In this document: positions 24,651-37,638 of the stretch, one piece after another
Layout of the letters: each line of letters opens with the position of its first letter
Position numbering within the stretch: position 1 is the stretch's first letter
Origin: Octopus bimaculoides
Taxonomy: Eukaryota
Assembly: GCF_001194135.2 (NCBI RefSeq)
Contig: NC_068982.1
Location: forward strand, 130,078,510-130,142,509
Reading direction: 5' to 3'
Length of the DNA stretch: 64,000 bases
Notes under the pieces: model-generated
What the model was told of the DNA's origin: nothing
What the model saw: the letters and a program-made list of their open reading frames with translations, nothing else
Databases searched by the model: none
Translations under genes and position numbers: made by a program

Positions 24651-24854
24651 TTAATGTGGCTAATATTGCACGGGAAATGCATGAACATCAATCAGTTACT
24701 TCTCTTATCGTTAGTAAATATGAGGCTTTGCTTTGTTTGTGGTAAATAAATATCTTTCTACTTAAAATAGTCCAGTGGTAAACATTTTGTTTATTTTTAA
24801 ATACAGTTGTTATTCTTGAAATTATCAATTGAGTATAAAACGATTGTCTTTCTA

Positions 24855-26143
24855 TCAGGTCATCCCATAAGTTCTGTCCGATTTTACCTTTTTTTAAAAT
24901 TGAATGAAATTTCATAGTATTTTAGAATGTCTAATGGAATTAAAAATTATTTTTATGCATTTGTGTACATTTAAACTAATTAAATATTATTTTACAGAAT
25001 AATAGAATTAAAAATTCTTTTATTAAAACCATTTCTAACATGGAAGTATCCAAAGAGCATTTGAGGCACATGATGCTTTATGAGTACAAAAAAAGAAACT
25101 CTGCAGCCGAAGCGACTCGAAACATACACTCAGTTTATGGGAGAGAATGCTTGAATGAAAGAACTTGCAGAAGATGGTTTGCAAAATTCAGAAGTGGAGA
25201 TTTCAGCCTTGAAGATGAAGATCGAAGAGGACGTCCAGTTGAGTTTGATGATAAGCTCCTTGAGGTATTACTTGAAGAAAATCCTGCATTATCAGTTGAA
25301 GAATTGGCGATAAAGCTCAGTTCAAGCCATACAACTGTTCATCGTCATCTTCAACAACCTGGAAAGGTTCCTAAACTTGTAAAATGGGTGCCTCAGGAAT
25401 TGTCCGAAAGCAACCGCAAATCCCGAGTTGACATCTGCTCTTCACTCCTTTCTCGCGAACTCATTTCACCCTTTTTGGACAGACTTGTGACTGGTGACGA
25501 AAAATGGATCTTCTATCGAAATGTTAAACGTCGTAAACAGTCGCTTGGTAAAAGGGAAAAACTCAACCACAGCTGAGAAGGGAACTTCATGAGAAAAAGG
25601 TTCTTCTCTCTATCTGGTGGGATCGCAAAGGAGTAATTCACTTTGAATAGCTACCACCTAATGCAACAATCAATGCTCAAGTCTACTATCAGCAATTAGG
25701 GCGTTTGAACCAAGCTTTGAAGAAAACAAGACCCGCTTTAGTGAATCGAAAAGGAGTGATGTTTCATCAAAACAATGCGCGACCCCACACTGTAAAGATC
25801 ACATCACAGAAGATTGAAGAGCTTGGTTAGGAAAAAAATTCCTCATCCACCTTATTCTCCCGACCTTGCTCCTTCAGACTACCATTTGTTTCGTAGTTTA
25901 CAGAATCATTTGGGGGACATAACTTTCGCAAGCCAGGAGGAGGTCGAAACTGACATTTCAGAGTTCTTCGCTTTGAAACCAAAAGACTTTTACATTGATG
26001 AGATTAAAAAGCTTGTAAATAGATAGAAGGAAGTCATAGATAACCATGGAAAGTACATTGATGATTAAATTTCAATTAAATATAACATTTGATCACTTGT
26101 TTTCTTTATTCAAAATTCGGACAGAACTTATGGGATGACCTGA
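24855..26143 (+). mobile_element. Full-length mariner (Tc1/mariner, D,D34D type) transposon, 1289 bp
   Basis: Perfect 26-bp TIRs TCAGGTCATCCCATAAGTTCTGTCCG / CGGACAGAACTTATGGGATGACCTGA, TA on both sides, internal transposase. Confidence 0.97.
25040..26068 (+). pseudogene. Mariner transposase, inactivated
   Basis: HLRHMMLYEY, WFAKFRSGDFSLED, WVPQEL, VTGDEKW, HQNNARPH (second catalytic D changed to N), YSPDLAPSDYHLF; two frameshifts and three in-frame TAG stops. Confidence 0.95.
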
Positions 26144-26464
26144 TATTAAAATAGTCCAGTGGTAAATATTTTGTTTATTTTTAAATACAGTAGTTATTTT
26201 TGAAATTATCAATTGAGTATAAAACGATTAAAAGAAAGAAAATATGACTTTGAATAAAACCAGTTCGGCATCAGAATATCTGGTTTGAATACTTCATACT
26301 TTTATGGTTAAAGAAATTGACTCAAGATATATACACTAAAAATTTGCGAACCGGTTTCAGATTTCAACAATAGTAATTTCACTTTAAGTATATCCGTGAC
26401 GCTGTTGAGGGAACATGAGCAGCTAAACAAAATGTCCAACCGATGCTCTCCCTCACTCTCTCTT

Positions 26465-26520
<56 letters not shown>

Positions 26521-26573
26521 CCTCTCTNNNNNNNNNNNNNNNNNNNNNNNNNNNNNNNNNNNNNNNNNNNNNN

Positions 26574-26608
<35 letters not shown>

Positions 26609-27462
26609 TCTCTCTCACAGCTAATAAATCAATTCATGAATTTTTTAAAATACAGAATTATTTTTGGCAAGCAACAAGCTCAGTTTCATAACTCAAATGG
26701 TAAAGTCATAACGAATCAACACCAGTGTTTTACTAGAAGTTATTTTATCGATTTCTGACGGCTAAATGAAAAGGTCTAGTTCAGAATGATATACGTGCTT
26801 AACGATCACTGAATACATGATTCTCTATAGTTTGTATTCATTCCTTCACTGCCCTACAAACCTGAATTAATACAAATAGGAATCTATGATCTTATCTTTG
26901 CCCGAGGACGTCCAGCTTAGCATGTGAGGCTATATACCAGGTATCAAGTTACTTTCATAAATATTACAACATCAGAGCGCCATACGTTAACATAAATTAG
27001 ATTTATTTGCATAGAAATGTCTTCAGTTTACAGAGTGAGATAAATATGAAGTGGTGTTCTTCATGCAGTTCATCAAAACATAGACGTAACTGATTAAGAC
27101 TCAAATGAGAATCGAACTCGTTTACGAATTCGTTTCAAAGAACTTTAACCATTTCACTACGGCGTCTGTCTCAAACAGACATAAGCTGGGAGGCTAAAAT
27201 ACTTATAAAAAGAATTAGCAAGTCTCCTTTGAAAAAAAACTGCTGCTTTTGCTTTTCTCACATATCCTTGTTCCGTTGTTATCATTTTGGATTTTCGTCT
27301 GATGTTCCTCTTTTGAGACCTATCATCACCTGGGGCTGTCTTTACTGTCGCCTTACTTCCGTTTACAGAGTCTCTTTTCTTTGAGTTTTCTCTCGATCTA
27401 CCTGTTTTCTCTCGGCATCTTAATCACCATTGATTACTGACCTTGTGCCAAAATTTAAACAA

Positions 27463-27665
27463 AAGCGGTGAGCTGGTAGAATTCTTAAAGCGTCGGAGAA
27501 AATGCTCAGCAGCATTTCTTCCGGTTCTTTATGCTTTAAGTATTAATGCCAACGAAGTTGACTGACTTTGCCTTTTATCTATCCAGAGTCGATAAAATAA
27601 GTGCTAGCTGAGCTCTAGTATCGATGTAATCAACTTACTTCTCCCCTCAAAATTGCTGGCTATGT
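27463..27665 (+). mobile_element. SINE family A
   Basis: GCGGTGAGCTGGTAGAAT...GACTTTGCCTTTTATC...GTCGATAAAATAAGT...CGATGTAATCAAC...AAAATTGCTGGC. Confidence 0.8.
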
Positions 27666-29748
27666 TACATTAGTAACGTAATATTTCAACAGATTTCATG
27701 TTTGAAACGGAGCAAATTTATAGGCCACAATTTGTGTAAAATGGATATGCGTTTGTCTGAGTACATAAGCATGTGTTTTGCGTATATGTACGTGTGGATG
27801 TGTGTGTGAGGTAAGGTGTATGAGTTTGTGTATGTGATTGCGAAAATCCCTTTATACGAACCTAATTTGGAATGTATATAAATGTATGTCTATATGATGT
27901 GATGTATATACAGATGTATTTGCGTGCATTGGTATAGTGTGTTTGTAAATATATGGTGAGTTAGTGAGATAACATTAATGCATGCATAAAAGACTTGTTC
28001 CGCCTAAAGAGGGAATCCGGGAATAAATATAGAGGATGCTGGTAGGTTTAGGGTAGGAAATAGGGTAAAACGAAGGAGCTAAAACTTAAGATAAGGGATG
28101 TGGCAATAGTGATGTTGTTGATGGTGGTGGTGGAAATACGGATGACGGTAGTGGAGGAAATGGTTGGAAGGAAAAACTAAGATGTGTTTGTATTTGTTAG
28201 CAACTAATAGCAGAGGGTGTGAGGGTGGCCAATCTACATATATACATACATAGATACATACATAGATACATACATAGATACATACATATATACATACATA
28301 CATATATACATACATGCATGCGTACATACGTACATGCATGCATGCCTGCATACATACGTATACACATACATACATATATGCTTGGAACCATATGTACGTA
28401 AATACATACATGCATATACATAGCATTGATTGGGTAGGCTCACATCCGCTATCATTCGGTATATTGTGAGGATGGCTAAACTTACACAAACGCGCACACA
28501 CATGCACACACAAGTTCCCACCCTCCCATATTTATGAGTATGTCTGCGAGTATGTACATACATTTATACATATATATATATATATNNNNNNNNNNNNNNN
28601 NNNNNNNNNNNNNNNNNNNNNNNNNNNNNNNNNNNNNNNNNNNNNNNNNNNNNNNNNNNNNNNNNNNNNNNNNNNNNNNNNNNNNNNNNNNNNNNNNNNN
28701 NNNNNNNNNNNNNNNNNNNNNNNNNNNNNNNNNNNNNNNNNNNNNNNNNNNNNNNNNNNNNNNNNNNNNNNNNNNNNNNNNNNNNNNNNNNNNNNNNNNN
28801 NNNNNNNNNNNNNNNNNNNNNNNNNNNNNNNNNNNNNNNNNNNNNNNNNNNNNNNNNNNNNNNNNNNNNNNNNNNNNNNNNNNNNNNNNNNNNNNNNNNN
28901 NNNNNNNNNNNNNNNNNNNNNNNNNNNNNNNNNNNNNNNNNNNNNNNNNNNNNNNNNNNNNNNNNNNNNNNNNNNNNNNNNNNNNNNNNNNNNNNNNNNN
29001 NNNNNNNNNNNNNNNNNNNNNNNNNNNNNNNNNNNNNNNNNNNNNNNNNNNNNTCTCTTACACTTCACTGTGCCTCTTTCATTTTTCTCGCCCCTCCTAA
29101 ATTCTTCTATCCTTCTGCCTCTACTTCTCTCTCTTCTCTCCCCTTGTGACCGGTGTTCGGCCAGGCCTGACCTTTCTTTCTTGGTTTGACTACCATCCGT
29201 GCAACATCTATATTCTTCCCCGTGCCTGTTAAATCTTATGTCCCTGCCGTAAGGCTTTACTTCCACACACGCCAGTTTAATTTAATTCGTCTTTAGTCGA
29301 AAGACACCTGTTGTTATGTCCTGTTAATTGCATTTGTATTTGTGTAATATTTCTCTGGTTTTTTTTTTCGTCTTTGTTTTCGTATTCATTCGCTGCTTTC
29401 TTCCAAGAAATCTAATGCTCTTAGCTTATCTTTTCCTTGGGGCTGGCCAGATTGGAACAATCTCGAGTATAAACAGCCGAAATGCAAAGATAATCTGGAA
29501 CTCGATTGAGGATAGAAAACTCCGAATGACACATCCTTGTTTTCCCTGTATCGTCTGTCTGGATATTTTGCGTTCTTGTCCCATTTTTGTATTTTTTATA
29601 TATAAAATATAGCGGCGTACGTACACTTTGGCTTCTCTCCCTCTTTCTCACAACTGTCCGACGAACAGGAAACTCTGAGTAACAGCTTTTGTGATGTTTT
29701 TGAAGCTTTAATAAAAAAGTATATATATATATATATACATACATGCAT

Positions 29749-29791
<43 letters not shown>

Positions 29792-29793
29792 CA

Positions 29794-30005
29794 CAGGGTG
29801 GCCCAAAAGTAGGTTTACAGTTATCACGTAGGCGCTTTAATTTCTTTTAAAACATTCTATTACATTTAAATTTCTATTTTACAATTAACTAAATTAGCAT
29901 AGAATAATGGTTTCATATTTTTTTTATAATTAATATCTAACCTCTTAATATATGAATGTGAAAGAGATAGTTGAATAACTGTAAACCTACTTTTGGGCTA
30001 CCCTG
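29794..30005. mobile_element. 212-bp Tc1/mariner-type MITE
   Basis: 30-bp TIRs CAGGGTGGCCCAAAAGTAGGTTTACAGTTA / TAACTGTAAACCTACTTTTGGGCTACCCTG (1 mismatch), TA on the right flank, embedded in TA/CA repeats. Confidence 0.9.
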
Positions 30006-30012
30006 TATATAT

Positions 30013-30661
30013 NNNNNNNNNNNNNNNNNNNNNNNNNNNNNNNNNNNNNNNNNNNNNNNNNNNNNNNNNNNNNNNNNNNNNNNNNNNNNNNNNNNNNNNN
30101 NNNNNNNNNNNNNNNNNNNNNNNNNNNNNNNNNNNNNNNNNNNNNNNNNNNNNNNNNNNNNNNNNNNNNNNNNNNNNNNNNNNNNNNNNNNNNNNNNNNN
30201 NNNNNNNNNNNNNNNNNNNNNNNNNNNNNNNNNNNNNNNNNNNNNNNNNNNNNNNNNNNNNNNNNNNNNNNNNNNNNNNNNNNNNNNNNNNNNNNNNNNN
30301 NNNNNNNNNNNNNNNNNNNNNNNNNNNNNNNNNNNNNNNNNNNNNNNNNNNNNNNNNNNNNNNNNNNNNNNNNNNNNNNNNNNNNNNNNNNNNNNNNNNN
30401 NNNNNNNNNNNNNNNNNNNNNNNNNNNNNNNNNNNNNNNNNNNNNNNNNNNNNNNNNNNNNNNNNNNNNNNNNNNNNNNNNNNNNNNNNNNNNNNNNNNN
30501 NNNNNNNNNNNNNNNNNNNNNNNNNNNNNNNNNNNNNNNNNNNNNNNNNNNNNNNNNNNNNNNNNNNNNNNNNNNNNNNNNNNNNNNNNNNNNNNNNNNN
30601 NNNNNNNNNNNNNNNNNNNNNNNNNNNNNNNNNNNNNNNNNNNNNNNNNNNNNNNNNNNNN
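30013..30661. other. Assembly gap (largest of about 11 N-runs)
   Basis: Run of N; most gaps in the window abut microsatellites. Confidence 0.99.
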
Positions 30662-30729
<68 letters not shown>

Positions 30730-30742
30730 TCACACTACCATA

Positions 30743-31965
30743 GGTAGACATGGCAGAAGTAAATAGACACCGTTTTAATCATTAAAATTTATTTAAATTT
30801 GAAAGTGTTCAATCAAGTTATTTATCAATTGTTATAATGTGAATATTTGATATTTAGTAGACATGCCCATTGCATTTTTCAATGCAAAGACCCTATTAGG
30901 CATGTTACTGATCAAACGACGAATATTCTCTTGCGGAATTTCTTGCCAAGTTTCATGCTGTAATCTCAAAAGATCTCGTTTTGAATATGCTTTCTTGTTC
31001 TTTTTATGAAATGTCCTGTCCATTATGTCCCAGAGGTGTTCAATAAGGTTTATATCTGGTAACTGGCTTGGCCATAGAAGCTTTTTAATGCCGTTCTCAT
31101 CCAACAAATCTTGGGTCATTTTAGCCGTGTGACAAGAAGCCCTGTTTTCCATAAATAGTCTGCTTTAATCATTTCACTACTGGAGAGGATTGGAAGGAAT
31201 CCTTTCTGCAATATGGACACATATTTATCTGAAGTTATATTTCCCTCACACTCCACCAGCTCTGATCAGCCATAGCTCAAAATTGCTCCACAGACTATCA
31301 CAGAATAGTTGCTGTGTTTCATTGTTGGATGCAATCTTTTCACATCAAATTCTTGATCACAGAGTCTACAGACCCAAACACGACCACCGTCAGGAAATAC
31401 AGCAAATCTGGACTCATCAGAGAATATAACAGGGCCCCTAAATGCTAGTGGCTTCACCACCATCTCACTGGCCCAATCTTTTCTCCGCTTGATGTTGGCT
31501 GGTCGAAGAAGAGGCTTCCTTCTTGCTGATCTGCCATAGTAACCAAGCTTGTGGAGATACCTGACAGTTGTTCTGAGACTGACATCAACTTGTTCTGCTA
31601 TGTCAGAGGCCTTGCAACGAAGATTATCTCCTACACTTCTCTTAGCAAAGAGGAAGGTCCTGTTAGAAGGCCCTGGGCGAGGTGATGTGGACTTCTTCCA
31701 CTCTCTGGTGAATTGCACAATCACTCTATTAACTGTAGAAAGCGGGATCTCTAGGTTTTCTGCGATTTTACGCTATGTCCACCTGTAGAATGACCCACAA
31801 TTTGGCCACTTTGAAATTCAGACAGTTCCAAGGCTTCTTTTGTGCAGTCACATATAGAACCTAAAACATAAAAATGTCACGTAATAAAATATATAAATCT
31901 TTTCAAGTTAGAATAACATCATACAATGTTTTATGAGGTGTCTATTTACTTCTATCATGTCTGTG
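30743..31965 (-). mobile_element. Tc1 (DD34E-type) transposon, near full length, defective
   Basis: TIRs AGACATG..AGAAGTAAATAGACACC at ~30745-30771 and 31937-31963; [52 protein letters not shown]; frameshifts. Confidence 0.9.
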
Positions 31966-33499
31966 TACATATGCGTGTTTGTGTGTACATGTCTGCCTGT
32001 GTGTCCATGTTTATGCTTCCAATGGTCTAAAAGTCTAAAAACGAGTTTCGTTTATGTTGTTTTTGTCCCGTCATGTCTCTAAACGAACAAAAATGAGATC
32101 GATAAAATTAGAAGGATCGTCATGATAGATTAAACTCTTCGTGCCTATACTCCAGTATGGATACAATCGAATAAAGCATTATAAGAATAAAGGACTATAT
32201 AAAGAATAAAGGAATATTGTAGAAACTGTTGAGTGCTGAATGAAGTATACATAAACAAGAAAAAGAAATATATATGATGACATATTTCCCGCCAGGGGCA
32301 AACCATCTCCCCCCCTCTCTCTGTGTATATATAATATATATAAAATATAAATAAATATATAGGTATATGTATGTGTGCCTACACATACACGCGCGCACAC
32401 ACACAAACACACACACGCGCGTGCACACACACATAAACACACACATACACACACACATATGGGGTGAGAGAAAGTGAGAGAGAGGGAGACAAAAGTCTCG
32501 GAATCCGTCAAAATGTGGAAAGAAGACGCCGCTTAGTCTAAGGGCTGGTTAACATTCTCGAAGTGAAGTTTGTTGATCACAGTGCTATTTCCTAACTCCG
32601 GAAGGATGGCAACTGATAGTTTTCTCGAATGAGTTAGTTCCTGCAGCTGTTAACACATGTACATCAACGTAGATTGGGCGGTGGCGCAAAAGGTTTTATT
32701 TATTCAATTCTCTGACCAGTCAATTGGATTGGTTATTTATATATGAGAAAGAAACAACTGAAAATAAAACAACGTTGGCTCAAACATTGAACGAATTCTC
32801 AGACAAGCCATTTCCTTCATGTCTCCATTCTTACATCCTTTTTGCTCTAGTGACAGAGACAGAAGAATGTCATTAAATCTGATAAGATGTAGTAATACAA
32901 TGTTAAGAGCTTCCTTAACAATGGATATCTTTGTAGCGATGGAGCTCGTTGTAAATATATTTAACAAAACTTAATAGCAGCTTTAACTTGAATGCTTAAT
33001 CTCGTTTCTCCTTTGCATAACTTTTACAAAAATAATACCGGTCATTGAAGCTGAAGCAAGACTATCAATATACTGTGTTGACGTTTTCAGGAAGCTGCTA
33101 TCTTTCTATGTCGTAGCGAAATTTAGAAGATACTTCGTAGACTAATTCTACACAGTCGACAATAATTGCAGCACCGGTATGCATTACATATTTCTTCATT
33201 CCTTTTAACTGAAGTGTTTAGAGCCGTTTTGTATTGGAAATATGGAGGGAGGAGATAAACTTACAGAACTCCGATCTTAACAACTCCACCTTCTCCTCAT
33301 TTGCTTTAGGACATGTTCTCCGACCATGCTTCCTATTCTCTAGACATTTATGATTTTTTTTTTTGCAAGTGTTCAACTTGGGCATTGGTACCATGAATCT
33401 GAAAATTGTGGGAGAGCTTGTAACTATCATGGGCAAAGACTCTTTCCACCTAATTAATTTATTTTTTAGAAATGTATTTATGTACATACATATATATTA

Positions 33500-33900
33500 A
33501 TCCTGTTGGGTTTCTAGCAACCCTCCTCACCAGGGTAGCCTAGTGGGGTGCCGACAACCTGACCATGCAACAGGTTGTACTGGATTCCATGTTACCAGTA
33601 GCACTTATGAGGCTCTCATAAGTGACTTGTTGAAAGGTCGGATGAACCTAGTGCACGCTCAACAGCTATCTAGAAATAGCACGGGTACGCTGAAATTCCG
33701 GGATGATGTCCGGCGTGCTGAAAGACCACTGGGAGTGAGGCACCCCTCAGCTTCTTTTGAAGCATGTCTTTAGGAGAAGGTCACTCTGATATAAAACCAG
33801 GTAAGCAGGGAAGGGTACTGGACATTTTGGCATCTTTGGTTTGTGCTAGAGATCATGGCACTCCCACATCTCTGAGCCTCTGACTAATATTAGCACTAGA
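33500..33900 (+). mobile_element. Probable orphan 5' UTR of an RTE-type LINE
   Basis: GC-richer block with TAGGAGAAGGTCACTCTGATATAAAACC, which I recall as similar to a conserved RTE 5' UTR motif; no ORF follows. Confidence 0.4.
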
Positions 33901-34192
33901 CATCTGGGTCTGGCTTGTCACTCGATAATGTAAATAAAGTGGAGAGGGCCTATGAAGTGTCGTGCAAGCCTTATTTGACCTAAAACTCTGCACAAGCATT
34001 GTTGACCTCTCCCTGATATGTGCTGCTTTTTTTCTTATATATATATTTATTTTATTTTCAGTATATATGTATCTTTATTTCTAGTATATATTTATTTATC
34101 TTTAGCATATATTCATTTTATTTTTATTCAGAAGTCCTGCGGCGATGGGAAAGTGGGGAACCATGCAGACCTGACGGGCTGGAAGCATGTAG

Positions 34193-34500
34193 CCAGTGTC
34201 TTGCACTGTAGCCTTGGGTCGACCAAAAACTTGCGAGTGGATTTGGTAGACGGAAACTAAGAGAAGTCAGCCATTTATATAAGTATATACTTCTGTGTGT
34301 GTATCATTTTGCTTGCGTTTGTTCCCTACCCCGTTTAACAACCGGTATAATTTTGCTAGCGGTTCAAAAAGAGACCGATAGAGCAAGTACCAGGCTTTAA
34401 AAGAGTAAGAACGCGAGTAGATTTGTTCGACTAATACCTTCAAGGTAGTGCCTCAACATGGCCGCAGTCTCATGCCTATAACAAGTAAAAAAAGCTTCTA
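34193..34500 (+). mobile_element. SINE family B, 5'-truncated
   Basis: GTGTCTTGCACTGTAGCC...GGATTTGGTAGACGGAAAC...CCTTCAAGGTAGTGCCTCAACATGGCCGCAGTC. Confidence 0.8.
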
Positions 34501-34736
34501 TCTTACTTGTTTCAAGGATAATACGCGAGCTTCTTATTTTAATAATGTCTGACATAGTTATGTATTTCACATGTTTGTTCCATGTTTGTACTTGCGACAA
34601 GGTTTGACTTTATGAATATAATCAAATTATAAAACGTATTCAGAGTTTTATCAAGAAGTCTGTAGCTCCTTTTCTACCATAAATTGATGATTACAATGCT
34701 AACATAATTTAATGCTAATGTAATGCTTATAATTAA

Positions 34737-34950
34737 GGCGACGAGCTGGTGGAACCGTTAGCAAGTCGGATAGAATGCTTAGTAAAGTTTCAGCCGTTTT
34801 TTACGTTCTGAGTTCAGATTCTTCCGAGGTCGGCTTTGCCTTTCATCCTTTCGGAATCGATAAAATAAGTATCAGTTGAGCAACTGGGGTCGATGTAATC
34901 AACTTACGCCCTCTTCCGAAAGTGCTGCCCTTGTGACAAAACTTGAAATT
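34737..34950 (+). mobile_element. SINE family A with 14-bp TSD
   Basis: Full consensus; TSD TAATGCTTATAATT at 34721-34734 and 34955-34968. Confidence 0.9.
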
Positions 34951-35406
34951 AATATAATGCTTATAATTTAGTCTTATAAATTTTAATATCTTGTATTGTA
35001 AACCTAGCAGTAAATTTATAATTTTTTATTATAAAGAAACCCTTTGCATCCGAAATCTGCCGTAATCTTCTGCATATCTATCCTACAACCTTTCTTCCTT
35101 TTGTTTGTGGTTGGAATGTATACGCATACATAAAAATAGACATATGTTTGGGAGCAAATTTACCTTGTAAGTAAACAGTAAATATCGTCGAGTTGATATT
35201 TAGCGTAGACAGGAACCATATGTTAGCAATATCATTGAGCAATCTTATTTTATGGTACAGTATGTAATATACAGATCGGGCAATACTTTTATCTGCAATT
35301 CTTATACTTTTATACATGCTCAACAAAATTATGCTAAGGCCCCCACCTATCTTTAATTCCAGTAAACCTTGAACTTTGTAACCGCATCAAATTTATGATT
35401 CTTAAA

Positions 35407-35494
<88 letters not shown>

Positions 35495-35633
35495 ACACAC
35501 ACATGTTTTAGTCATGAGGGAAGGGAGCTGCTCAGGAAACTTTGCAGGGCTTCCGACACTTGTAAGAGATAGGGGAGAAGAAATTATCTTCAATCTATAA
35601 TTAATAACAACAAAAGCAATATTAAAACCAAAA

Positions 35634-36517
35634 GGTAATCTCGATCTCAAACTGAACGTGGGGATTGTGTTGGAACACGGAATACTCCATTATTTACCTT
35701 GAGAGGATCCCTCAAAAAGGATTCGTGGTACATAGAAACACACGTCATTACATCGTTGACGGATGAAAATCCTCTGCTACGTCCGCAAAACATGCCAGAT
35801 CACGTGATTTCCCTTGCTACGGGTTTCTCACTGACAAATGTCGAGCGGCAGCATAAAAGTACTCCTCATTAAATCATTGACAGACGAACGCCAGAACTGC
35901 CAGATCACCTAATTTCCACCTGCTATGGGTTCTTCGTTTGTCAATGATTTATTGAGGAGCATTTTTATACTGCTGCTCGACATCTGTCACTAAGAAACCC
36001 ATAACTGGGGAAAATCACGTGATCTGGCATTTCTGGCGGCCGTAGCAGACAATCTTCATCTGTCAATGATGTAATGATGTGTGTTTCTATGTACCACGAG
36101 CCCTTTTGAAAGATTTCAAGGTAAATGACGCAGTGTTCTGTGTTCCAACAAAACCCCCATGTTAAGTAGGAAATCAAGATTACATTTTGTTATTAATATT
36201 GCTTCTGTCGCTATTACTTACTTTTTGATAAGGCCACTGGCTATTTGCAATAGCAGTGCCTAAGTAGACACTAGTATTCGATATATCATTGACAGAGGAT
36301 TCGATTGTTACGCCACTGTTGGAAATCTGTCACTGAGAAGCTCATAGCAGGGAAAAAAATCATGTGATTTTGCAGTCCCGGCGGCCTAGCAGATGATTCT
36401 TGTTTGTCGAGTGCTTTTATGCCCGCGAATCCGTACGAGACGTTCTCTCAAGGTAAACATAGACAGTATTCTGTGTTGTAACACAACCTTCACGTTAAGT
36501 TGGAGATCAAGATTACC
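35634..36517. mobile_element. Non-autonomous long-palindrome DNA element with three arms
   Basis: 35634-~35889 is an inverse of ~35935-36184; a third arm at ~36310-36517 is parallel to the second; termini GGTAATCTCGATCTC / GAGATCAAGATTACC. Confidence 0.8.
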
Positions 36518-36920
36518 TTTATCCTCATAGTGATTCGAATACTTGCAACAGAGTATATTCTACTAACAACACCGAAGATACCAGAAAGTGATACTCAAAT
36601 GAGAGATGGATTAAATCTATACTCTGCCTTTTCTCATCAGCTACATGAATGATATGAAATAATATAAATATATAAAAAATGCGTTACTATTGTCCATAGT
36701 TTATCCTATTGATATTTTCAACTTAGAAATGGAATCATAGACATTTAAAGAACGACCTAGATTTACTTTTAATAAAGATAATGAATTCAAAAGATAAAGA
36801 ATAGTCTTGAACGGTGAAGATATTTATAGGGATCTTTTATTGTCGTTAGTCTTTGTTATCAAGTTCAAGCAGATACATAAACCTCATAAATCCCATTTTT
36901 GTCATCCCTCTGCTATTACC

Positions 36921-36982
36921 ACTGTCACCACCCTCCCTACTGTCACCGTCCTCCCCACTGTCACCGCTCTCCCCACTGACAC
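36921..36982 (+). repeat. 18-bp minisatellite, ~3.5 copies
   Basis: ACTGTCACCNNNCTCCCY units at 36921, 36939, 36957, partial unit at 36975. Confidence 0.9.
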
Positions 36983-37107
36983 TTCAAAAACTTTGTTACG
37001 TTCAGGTCATCTGAAGGAGTGTGATATGGCATTTAGAATTTTAACCGAATGTAACTCTTATTTACTGATATCTGACAAAGGAGAATAGAGGTAATAGAGT
37101 TGAGAAA

Positions 37108-37638
37108 GTGATTTGGGACAGAGAAGAGAAACTGTGCAAAAGTGGGAATTAGCTGCCCTGTGGATGTTAACATAAAGCTAAAGATCAGTGACAAAGAAAA
37201 TACCTACGCTGAACTATTGAGAAATCTACAATTTCTCTACCCAGATTACAAGTTCAGGTTTATAACAGTAATTATTGGGGCACTGGGATATATAGCACAC
37301 TGCCTAAGTACCAATCTTGAGAAATTAGGTTTCTTGAAAGGAGAAAACTGATTCGAAGACTACAGATCCAAGCCATCACTGAAACTAAAAATTTATAAAA
37401 CTTTCCAGAAGTCTATATGCGCATGTCTAGACATCTAACTATATGCATGAGAATACATACATAAAACAAAACATACAGATCTGCACAAGCACTGACTTCA
37501 AATACTGCACATGTACCCACATACATGCAAAAGTACCCTGTTGATGTTGAAATTCCAATGAAGGAGCTTTGGGTCTATTTTAGAAACCGGCTCCTTCTCT
37601 ATGGGCAAGAAATCTTGAAATAAAACTGAATAATGACA
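37108..37638 (+). mobile_element. 3' end of RLE-LINE, same family as 91-526
   Basis: VIWDREEKLC...ISCPVDVNIKLKISDKENTYAELLRNLQFLYPDYKFRFITVIIGALG; same 3' UTR ending CTGAATAATGACA into (TACA)n. Confidence 0.85.

Noticed and set aside
25040-26068. Domesticated SETMAR-like or active transposase
   Set aside because: Stops, frameshifts, a catalytic D-to-N change and intact TIRs indicate a dead transposon copy
27095-27165. tRNA gene (also 7254, 13168, 17870, 20027, 63070)
   Set aside because: A and B boxes only, with no proper cloverleaf or acceptor stem; consistent with SINE heads
29054-29720. Retroelement ORF or ribozyme in the post-gap block
   Set aside because: Looks repeat-like, but I found no second copy in the window, no protein motif and no complete ribozyme core
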